Source: Heteronotia binoei (taxonomy: Eukaryota). Taken from it: a DNA stretch of 64,000 bases. The position numbers were made by a program, and so were the translations under genes. A model generated the notes under the pieces. The model was given only the letters and a program-made list of their open reading frames with translations. It did not search any database and was not told the origin of the DNA. Position 1 is the first letter of the stretch; every line of letters starts with the position of its first letter. Shown here one piece after another: positions 1 to 10,199 of the stretch. The stretch lies in the NCBI RefSeq assembly GCF_032191835.1, contig NC_083232.1, positions 65,720,001 to 65,784,000 on the forward strand, in the 5' to 3' direction.

Positions 1-58
1 GTCTAATTATGATGATCATCATCAGATCTTCAGTTTGTATTCTGACTTTCCTCACGTT

Positions 59-276
59 GGGGAGGGATGGTGGCTCAGTGGTAGAGCATCTGCTTGGGAA
101 GCAGAAGGTCCCTGGTTCAATCCCCGGCATCTCCAAAAAAGGGTCCAGGCAAATAGGTGTGAAAAACCTCAGCTTGAGACCCTGGAGAACCGCTGCCAGT
201 CTGAGAAGACAATACTGACTTTGATGGACCAAAGGTCTGATTCCGTATAAGGCAGCTCCATATGTTCATATGTTCA
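59..276 (+). mobile_element. tRNA-derived SINE (Squam2-like)
   Basis: A box GGCTCAGTGG, B box GGTTCAATCC, body shared with four other copies, TATGTTCA tail. Confidence 0.85.
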
Positions 277-1097
277 CGTTCAATGACTCTGACATAGACC
301 ATAAAGTAAAAGGCAGCAGAACTCTCTCACACATACACAGACAATAATAAGAATCACCAATACAAACTTATAAAGACATCACAAAGTCCACCTACATCAA
401 ACTATTTCCTCATAGAAGGCTTCATAAACTTTTTGAAGAAGTCATTGACAATCTCCAGAAGCATCCAAGTGATTCACAGAAACCAAAACAACCCTCATAA
501 ATTCATTTTAACCCAGACTTTCCTTGCAGGCCTCTGGAGCACAACAGGTACAGCTGTAATGCCAAAGGGCATAACACTAAAACAGTATAATCCCTTGCGA
601 CACACAAAGGCAGTGTCTGATTTGCTTCTCTCATCCAAAGACACTTGCTTGTAGCCGTGTGTTACCTAAATCTAAGGTGTTAATGTACCAGTCTGGCTTC
701 AGAAATCTCAAGAGTTGTTAACTCCAGGCAAAAGATATGTATTTTTTAGGACTGTTGCTTTTTAATGCAACACAGAAAACCTGTTTTTCTGCAAGAAGAA
801 ATGGACATCACCTTTAGGCTATAGCTAAGGCAAGCAATGGACCCCCCATTGAATTAATGTGTAGGGTGATAAGGACCTGGGGCGCATACACACACACACA
901 CAAAGAGTACTAAGGAAGTAGGAAATAACTCGAAAGAATCCATTTTCTATTTCATTTCATGTGGCTAGATAGACTACTAAGGCCTAGAACAGAACTACTG
1001 GCTATAACCAATGGTCAACTTAAAAGGGTTGCTTCACCCTGTCTTCCAATACTGGACAATGTTTGATGTTCCATACATCAATAAATTAACTTGGGAA

Positions 1098-1300
1098 GGG
1101 GCTGCAGCTCAGTGGTTGAGCATTTGCTTGGCATGCAGAAGGTACCAGGTTAAATCCCTGGCATCTCAAAAGAATCAGATTGTAGTTGATGTGAACCCCT
1201 CTTCTTAAAAGTCCCAGAAAGCTACTGCCAGTCTTAAGCAGACAATGCTGACCTTGATGGAGCAATGATCTGGTTTAGTACAAGGCAGCTTCCTGTGTAT
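1098..1300 (+). mobile_element. tRNA-derived SINE (Squam2-like)
   Basis: Same head, body and AAGGCAGCTTC tail as 59-276. Confidence 0.8.
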
Positions 1301-1445
1301 AAGCATGTGCAGAAGGTATGAACAACTAGGATTCTCACTCCCAGGAAGTCTTTGCCCTTGCACTGGTTATAATGTCTAAATGGGCTCAGTCCATGCAACC
1401 TTTATTCAAATTTTGTATCCAATCTATGGGGAAAGGGTAGGAGAG

Positions 1446-1560
1446 CAGGACTTCTTTTTAAAGCCCAGCAAGAACTTATTTGCATATTAGGCCACACCCC
1501 CTGACACCAACTCGGCTGGAACTGTGTTCCTGTGCATTCCTGCTAAAAAAAAAAGTCCTA
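1446..1560. mobile_element. Short hAT-like MITE carrying an octamer motif
   Basis: Similar to 57271-57398; degenerate CAGGGCTTTTT/AAAAAGCCCTG-type ends; ATTTGCAT at 1478-1485. Confidence 0.6.
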
Positions 1561-1774
1561 ACTCCAAGGCCAAGAGTGTCACAGTTTCACTCTTTCTCCA
1601 GAAAACTGTTGCCCACAGGTTCAAGAGACACAGAGGGCAGTAGTTCTTCATATCACGCAGTACCTCAAAAGGTAGTGACATCCACCATTCTAAGTGGTTT
1701 TTCTAAAGAAGGGTTTATCAAGGCCAATAGAAGCAAAAAGGTTTGTTATAAATAAATAAATGATAACTAAAGTT

Positions 1775-1945
1775 AATCAGAGCCACTCCTGGCTAGTACT
1801 TGGATGGGAGATCACTGCACAAGTCTAAGGTCACTACAGAGAGGCAGGCAATGGCAAACTACCTCTGAAAGTCCCTTGCCCTGAAAACTGTTTGGGGTCA
1901 CCATTAGACAGCTGAGACTCGACAGCACTTTCCACCACCACCAAA
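1775..1945 (+). mobile_element. 5S-derived SINE, 5'-truncated
   Basis: CCTGGCTAGTACTTGGATGGGAGA (5S internal promoter region) plus GGCAATGGCAAACTACCTCTG tail. Confidence 0.7.
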
Positions 1946-2288
1946 GAGGGGACATCTATGCCCAGTAGGTCAATTTGAGGTATGTACAGGAGAGATGTGT
2001 GTCACCACCAGAGGCTATTATGAGTTCCTCTGGGTCATCTTCATGCCTGCTCTTGGAGACAGTGATGGAATAGATGGGGGTCAGTATAAACCAACTTAAA
2101 CTGGGCAGTTTTTATATTTTTATGCCATGAAAAATCTTATAAATATGGAGAAGTTGAGCACTTAGTGAGTCAGTCACACTCAATGCACCATCGAGTTTCC
2201 TCAAGCTCAGTTGCCCATGCCACAAAGTCAGTTTATGAAGACTACAGAATATTCCTATTCCAGAAGTGGTTGTGTTGATTCAAACAGA

Positions 2289-3516
2289 CAGAGCCAGATT
2301 AAATCCTATGGAGGCCCCTAGACAGTCAAAATCTTGGGGGGCCCCTCGCAAATTATCTCAGAGTTGGAGTGGCCGCCCCACTGCCTGTGGCCCCTGCTGC
2401 AGCCTGCAGAGACCTTCTCAAAAGTTCCTTTGACAAAGCTGTGGGGGAGAGGCAGAGAAAGGCAAACTTGGTGACAACACCAGCAGCAGCTGCACCAGGC
2501 AAGTCAAGCAAAGAGCTCAGTTGCTGGCTGCGCATGCAGGCTGGGTAGGGTTGCCAAGTCCAATTCAAGAAATATCTGGGGACTTTGGGGGTGGAGCCAG
2601 GAGACATTGGGGGCAGAGCCAGGAACAAGGGTGTGACAAGCATAATTGAACTCCAAGGGAGTTCTGGTCATCACATTTAAAGGGACAGCACACCTTTTTA
2701 AATGTCTTTCTTCCATAGGAAATAATGAAGGATAGGGGCACCTTCTTTTGGGGCTCATAGAACTGGATCCCCTGGTCCAATTGTTTTGAAACTTGGAGGG
2801 TATTTTGGGGAGAGGCACTAGATACTATACTGAAAATTTGGTGCCTCTACCTCAAAAAATAGCTCCCCCAGAGCCCCCGAAACCTCCAGATCAATTCCCC
2901 ATTATACCCTATGAGGAACGATCTCCACATAGGGAATAATGAAGACGTTTCCCTCTCCTCCACACCCCCCCCCCCTTCTCGCAAATCTGATGTAGGGGAT
3001 TGGCCTCTCTACTCACCAGCCAGCTTCTTCACAGCAACAAAGACACAGACACAGAAAGTTGAAGCCTTTCACCACCTCCGGAGGTGCAAAGGCACATGGT
3101 CCTTTGGGGCGGGGCAGGAAGCAGCCTGGGAAAGCTCCGGCTGCTGCGATGGAGCTGGGTGGGAAGGGGAGGGGCAAGGAGAAGCTGCTGCGATCCGAGG
3201 TGAGAAGGGAATGGAAGGGAAGGGAAGGGAGGAGGAGAAGCATCTGGGATCGGTGGAAAGGGGAGAGGAGAAGCTGCTGGGATCTAGGCTGCATGGGAAG
3301 GGCCGCCATTCCCCCCTGCTTTCTGGATTTTTGGCGAGAGGGGGGAGGAGGCTCCAAATCAGGGGTCCCCTGCCCAGGCAGGGGATTTGGGAAGCCTAAG
3401 GCTGGGAGGGCTGCAAGCACGGGGGAAACTGGAGTGGGGAAGCTGGTCCAGGGCCCCTAAAGGCATGGGTGCCCATAGGCCACTGCCTACTTGGCCTAAT
3501 TGTTAATCTGGCCCTG
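2289..3516. mobile_element. Non-autonomous hAT DNA transposon with internal TAGGGTTGCCA-family segment (2546-3011)
   Basis: 14-bp TIR CAG(A/G)GCCAGATTAA, one mismatch; perfect 8-bp TSD CAAACAGA at 2281-2288 and 3517-3524. Confidence 0.88.
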
Positions 3517-6500
3517 CAAACAGAGCAGACAGTGCTTTTGTCATAGGAACTGTACATCCTATGTTCCCTAAAAAAGCTTTCTGAGAGCACCCAAATCACA
3601 GAAGGTGGCACGTGACACAGAAAGTGGCAGTTATTCTGAATGAATGCAACATACACATTTGATCTTAGGTAATGTGAGGTGGCCTGAAACTAGTTATTCA
3701 CCCAGCACCCACCAGCATACAGGACACCATAAAGAGTTGTATGGACAAAAACAGAGAGCTCCCTGCTCCCAGGGAGCTTCCAATCCAAATGGCTCCAGCC
3801 AGAACCAGAAGCACTGAGGTGCCAGTGCTGTCCATGCATTGAACTGCAGCTGTCAAGGCCATCCCATGAACCTAAATGGGAAAGAAGGTCACTCCTCTAC
3901 AGTTCTGTTATCAGGCTTTCACAGCTTGTGCTGTACCAGGGGAAACATAGCCTGTTGATAGATGGTGCCCTTTTTTTTCTAGTAGGCTTCAAAAGCAAGA
4001 GGTTAACCATGTCCTAGCAGGACACCATATGTGGGTGGTGGGTTGCATTTGCCCAACTGAACAAACTGCCAAGATTGCGGGATGGGACCAGAGAGGCAAC
4101 CGTTGCTCTGTCAATACTTTGTCTATTTTCATTGTCTTAACTTCTGCTGCCAGAGCCTCTTCAGAGGTTTCCTCGCACCCAGATTAGGATTTAATTGTAT
4201 TCCTACAGAGTCCCTTCTGGTTGCACTCACTCTTTCAGATGACTGTTTCATCAATATGATTAGGATCACATCTCCAGTCTGGTTTATTCACACAATCTGT
4301 TCTGACAGCTCCGAGCATAATACTCCCTCAAGGATCCGCTCAATACCACCCCTATCATTTTATTCAAATCATAGTTTGCATTCCACACTGGCAGTATAAT
4401 ATTCTTCTCCCCTGGATTATATTTCACAAAATCCAGCAAGCACTAAAACCCTTTCCATAAGGGATTAGATTAATATGTATATTAGCCGGCATCATCATAT
4501 TATTAGCATACAGGGATATTCTGCCAGGAAAAAAAAATAAAAGGAAAAGCAGGAAGGCACTGCATGCAGTCGTAATAAGAAGACACTCCGAAAACTGATG
4601 TGCAAATATGATTTTAAAAGGAAAGAGAAATGTGACCAGGTACAGAGCTGGTATCAAATGGAATGACATTCTGATGAATTGGCCTCCTCTACCCCCCCAA
4701 AGCTCTATGAAATTTCTTCAAGATGAAAAGACGCAGAAAGGATTCTATCACTGTGATGTGTTTTCCCACCCTCCGGTGAAACAAAATCCCCATAAGTCTT
4801 GGTGGATCTAAGAGATGGGAGCAAGTGGACAAAATACTTCAGCTCTCTCACTGGATGATTCTCCAGAGCAACAATTATTAGGCACTTCCTTTCTCCCATC
4901 AACCCCACCACTGCAGGGACACTAGGAGCTAAGCAGTCTATAAAGGAAAATGGCCAATTCCTCAGGAATGTGGCATATATAAGACTCACCCTCCTCTCTC
5001 CCCCATGGAGATCTCAGTTGAAAGCACTCACTTCCTTGTAAACAGAGGTAAGATAAATCAATACTGTAGCTTTTGTTTCCTTTTGGCAGACGATCAAGCA
5101 AGTTTCCAGTCAATTGTGGAAGGGGCTTAAAAGTAAAGAAAAGGACACTGGGCCAGTTTTCAGGCAGGTAGTAAAAACTGCTGTCTGGGCTGTCACACAT
5201 CAGGCTTCAGGTCTCCCATCACTGTCTGGTTCTCCTCACCCTCCCCCCCCCCCGGCCATTCCAAGACCTGGAAATTTAATATTTTTGGGAGAAAGCTGGG
5301 CTGGAGCCCTTCTTCCCCACATTAAGCTTTGTATATGGGGATTTCCATCCCTCTTTTTTGCATGGAAGAGCACTTAATCTTGTAAGTACCACCCCCAATT
5401 TGCTGTACGCTATAGACGCTAGTTTACCAGCCTATGTCATCTTTGTTTATTTCAAGACCCTCTCACAAATAACTTGCAAAAGGCTGCCTGTCAGTCTTTG
5501 AGGTAAACCGCAGCTCCATTTGATTTGCACTGCCTCTGTTCACAAGTAATTTCTTGTATGTTGTTAACAATCTCTACTCTCCCCCCTCCCCCGCCCCCCA
5601 GCTGAGGTGAAAGTAACTTTTCTGACTTCTCTACACAGTCCAGAAACAATAGAGAAGGATGACGAATGGAGGTCCATTGATGGACTTCAGGTAGGACATA
5701 TCCGGGTAATTCCCAAAAAAGGAACATGGTGGTTGAAATGCAACATAAATCCACTTTAGTTCATGGCTCTCTATTAATATAAACCTGGACTCCAAATTGC
5801 ACCAGCATCACTCACAACACTGTAGACTAATAATGTGAGAGGCAAGGATGCAGTTCCTTCTCATACCTGCCTCCTTCTTCATTCTCACTGAGTTTAGTGA
5901 AACTCGTTCCCATGACACAAAACGGGGCAGAGGCTCAGCAGCAGAACATCTGCTTTGCATGAGTCTTTGGATGAGTGGGGCACTGCAAATGGCAGCAGAT
6001 GTTGTGAAAGAGCCACTGCCAGTCAGACTAGACATGGACTGCAAGCCTAAGAACACTTCCTTGGGAGTAAGTCTCATTGAAAAATTGGGGCTTACTTCTG
6101 AGTAGACTTCCTTAGGATTGCTCCCCAAGGGTCTGCCTTGATAGAAGACTGCTCCATGTGTTCAAACTGTGCTTGTTTCACAAAACATCCTCACAGCTGG
6201 ATTACAAGTAAAGAAAGGACACAGACAGCTCCCTCACAGTTTCTAATACACATCTCTTTTGGAATTTGTACCAGTCATGTTTCAGAGGCCATCTCTGAGA
6301 TTTATATTGAACCCTACCAGCTGACTAGATTTTAACTAGATAATTCCTGCTTACAGTGTTTAAATGCAAGACTAGTGCCCCCTCTTCCAGTACATCATTA
6401 AAAAGAACATGTCATCTTATATTTGCATACAAGTTACAGTGATGTCCAATAATAATAGTACAGGGTATAACAAGGGGGTTGTCTTACAGTCAGAGTCCTT

Positions 6501-6761
6501 TCAAGTAAATACAGTAGTCTTTAGTCTGTTGCCCTTCCTGTGATTTTTCTGTGGGAAGAAGCATCCAAACAATAATCAATCCCCTCGAGAAACAGCTTTC
6601 TCCTCCAGTAGCCATAATTTAGATTTACTTGATTTTGTTCAAATATACTTTTGTTTCAAAAATGAGCAAAATTGTTCAAATTTGGCAACAGGTCATTTAC
6701 AGATAGTGCCTAAAGAGAGCTACAAGAAGGATGTCCGCTAGTGCATCGCTGAGTGCGACTT

Positions 6762-6780
6762 TGGCCACTAGAGGGAGCAC
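6762..6780 (+). promoter_or_regulatory. CTCF consensus site
   Basis: TGGCCACTAGAGGGAGCAC closely fits the CTCF core; three CpGs retained just upstream. Confidence 0.65.
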
Positions 6781-7705
6781 TGTTCTCTTTCAGGTTTCTT
6801 GGAGGGATGAACGGTACTTCCTCAAATGCAAGAGTAGGTTTCTTCCCAGGAATGCCATCAAAAAGGGAGGAGAATCATCTCAGATTTGCATGCAAGTTAC
6901 ACTTATGTCCAATAACTTGGGAGTGGGGATTATAACATTTTAAAGGTGGCATTACATTTAGAATTGTCTTCCTTTTGAGTAAAAACAGTAATTCCAATGG
7001 TTCATTTGTAAAAAGAGACACCATGGTTGACTTTGAAGGTCTTTTCCCATAAACCCAGAAGTGGAAAGGCTGGCAGTTTAAGAATGGGTGTATTGTCAGT
7101 TCACAGAACACACAGCTAAGACTTAGTATTCAGAACAGGCTCTGGAGCCAAACCCTGACTCGTAGTAAACTTTCTAATCATTATTTTTGACTAATTCCCC
7201 ACTATAAATGCCAGAAAGAAGACTTCTGACTCTCATCTCCTATCAAACGGCTTTATTGCACAAAATTTCCCTAAAATTCATGACCTCAGATTTCTATCCA
7301 CCACATTTTTATCCCACCGTCCCACAAAGAGGCAGCATAACATTCTTGTCTGAAATTGCCCCTGTGCATCAGCAGAATTCCTTAAGGGCAGTTATCAAAA
7401 TAAGGTTTAGAAAAACAGAGAAAACAGATTACTACGGTAATTAATATTCACCACACTATTGTTTTCCCTGTTACAAACTTAACTGTCCAGGCAGCATATA
7501 TTGTTCTTGCTTCCTCCATTCTATCCCCACAACAACCCTCTAACATAAGCAACTCTGAGAAACAAAGACTAGTACAGTCTCTGGCTGAATGGGGAGCTGA
7601 ACCCAACTGTCTAACCTAGCAACCTTTTAAAATTAATGAACCAGAGTAAGAACATAAGAGAAGTCATGTTGGAGCAGGCCCATCCAGTCCAACACACTGT
7701 ATACT

Positions 7706-7990
7706 AAGAAAAAGAAGATGAAGATATTGGATTTATATCCCGCCCTCCACTCCAAAGAGTCTCAGAGCGGCTCACAATCTCCTTTACCTTCCTCCCCCAC
7801 AACAGGCACCCTGTGAGGTGGGTGGGGCTGGAGAGGGCTCTCACAGCAGCTGCCCTTTCAAGGACAACCTCTGCCAGAGCTATGGCTGACCCAAGGCCAT
7901 TCCAACAGGTGCAAGTGGAGGAGTGGGGAATCAAACTCGGTTCTCCCAGATGAGAGTCCGCACACTTAACCACTACACCAAACTGGCTCT
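7706..7990 (-). mobile_element. Squam3-like (Ther1/MIR-derived) SINE inserted in a CR1 3' end
   Basis: Minus strand AGAGCCAGTTTGGTGTAGTGGTTAAGTGTGCGGACTC...ATAAATCCAATATCTTC; near-identical to 58941-59217; CR1 3' sequence continues on both sides. Confidence 0.88.
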
Positions 7991-9458
7991 ACTAGGTGGC
8001 ATCAGGTGGTCCACCAGCAGGACCAGTTCTCCAGAAGTCCTCCCACTGCTGCCTCTCAAGCACCAAGAGTACGGAGCATCACTGCCTGAGACTACATCAA
8101 CATTCAGAGCAAGAGGTCATCAAAGAGTCAGTACAGGAAAGCCTGTTTGTGTAACCAAAACTATACAATTCAACATGACTAGTAATTGACATATGGATTA
8201 GTAATCCCATAACATTTCTGCAGCCCAAAGACAAGTTGTGTTGAGTGCAGAACTGGCCCACAAGGCATAAATCTGTGCATGGTTTGTGCTTGGATGAACA
8301 GCAGTGGCAACTGCTCAGCTGGTTCCCTTTAGTTGTTCTCACATACTGGTGGTTATTCTAGCATTCAACCCACCCTCTCCAATAGACACACTAAACATTT
8401 GATCTTGCTTACAAAAGAGTCATACTAGGTTTCGCACGGCGCTCCATTGGGCTCTGGGACTACAGGCTGCAGATCCTTGGTTTACTCACCATAAAAGAGC
8501 TCTCTCTTTTTGCAAGTCTTCAACTTGATTTTTTTGCTTTGTAAACAGGAACATCTTCTGTTCATTTAATTTTCTGCCAAATCAAGAGGCAGGTCCAGAG
8601 AGTGCAAACTTGAGCCAATGTGTTCTGGAAGAAGTTGCTGTTGGGATTCTAAGCTCACCAGGAAGCACACCAGCCTGCATAGGCTTCCTAAGGTCACATC
8701 CAGATGTGCTTAGAAACAGGAACGGGAATAAACTCTGTTCCAGATCCAGTGCCAAAATTGGCCTCACACCACCTTCCAAAGGGACTGTCTATTTTGGGTT
8801 TATTTTCAAGCACCTTTTGTTCCATTGCTGGGATTTGCAAGTCTGCAACACTTCAGTAATTATAGCGTTAGCCTTGCTGTTACTGTTAGTCAACAGGAAG
8901 TCACATGTGTTTACTGTAACCTATCTGTTAGCTAAAGAGAAAGCCCGCGAAAGTCTGTAGGAGGTCTTAGTTAAATGACCAGTAATTGAGTGCTGTGATT
9001 GGAAATCCATGTATTGCCTATTCTGCATTTTATGGCATCTCTTCCTGCCTTTGTCTAAGTTTGGAGAAGAGAGGCCATTCCTAGCTTTGTTCTCAAGATG
9101 TAAAGATGTAGAAGTTAGTGTCTGTTATTTTACTCCCAGTTTACCCTCCCTTGAAGTTTTAAGTAAAGAAATCATATTCTTTTAAACACAAAAATGATCT
9201 CTGCGTATTCTCTGCTATGCTACTCGCCTCTAACTCTGCTAAATAATATTTTTCTCTAAGAATACCCAATATCCATGCTTCAGGTTTATTACTCTTACTC
9301 CCCCCACACACACTTCTGTTAAAATTTGGAAATCTTCTCCACTAAGCTGGTAAATGCTGTGTGAATCAAGAACCAAAACGTTTAGCTGCAAACCAACATA
9401 GAGCCAATAATTAAAAGCTATATGTAAAACCTAAATATTATTAGAAACACATGTATTT

Positions 9459-10023
9459 ATTATCAAATGGTTAAAAACATTTATGGGCCCAACTTTAGCC
9501 TCATTACAGCATAAGGGAGCTATTGCAATGCATCGTGTTTCAGCCTCAATCAGCCTTCTTCAATGGTCCACAACATCTGGCTCATGATACAATAGTAAAA
9601 AAAAATTATACAAGAACAATATACAAGCTGATATAGGACCAAGAAAGGAATTTCAAAAATAAAAAATAGACAACACAAGGACAAATGAATGCGAGGCCTC
9701 TTTGAGTCTGGCTTTGCATCTTAGTTAATTGCATACATGTGGAGTGACATTTGTTATGGGATGCCTTCCAGTCTTGGTCCAGAGAGGACAGGTGCTGACT
9801 ACTGAGCACAGCCAGCAGACCACAGATAATGCACAGACTTTCTTAGTCCTGTATCAATTCGTATATAAGTCTTTATGTACAGACAGACATTGTGGACCAT
9901 TGAAGAAGGCTGACTGGGGCTGAAACGTGTCAGGTTAGGATAGTTCCCTTGTGTATACATTGTCTTTTTATGTTGTAATGAGGCTAAAGTTGAGTCCACA
10001 AATGTCTTTAACCATTTGATAAT
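9459..10023. repeat. Long interrupted inverted repeat, Penelope-like ends
   Basis: Arms ~9459-9648 and ~9837-10023; outer 56 bp match with 5 mismatches. Confidence 0.8.
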
Positions 10024-10199
10024 GATAGCTTTACCATGAGTTATTCTCAGGGCGCAATCCTCCTGGGCACCACTGAAGAAAAGGAGCAAGCCAGCCTCAG
10101 ATCCTGCTCTTGCCCGGCGACAGAGCCTTTTAGTCTGTTCTGCCTTGACAGAGTCTGCAAGAGGAGACAAGGCAAGGGGTGGGGGGATCCGAAAGAGCT

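Noticed and set aside
61-135. tRNA-like sequence
   Set aside because: Abnormal anticodon arm and continuous with a repeated SINE body.
415-500. Plus-strand peptide RLHKLFEEVIDNLQKHPSD as a terminal exon
   Set aside because: Protein-like but unrecognised, and no linked upstream exon.
666-788. 123-nt minus-strand segment with good acceptor and donor
   Set aside because: Stops in all three frames; at most a non-coding or decayed exon.
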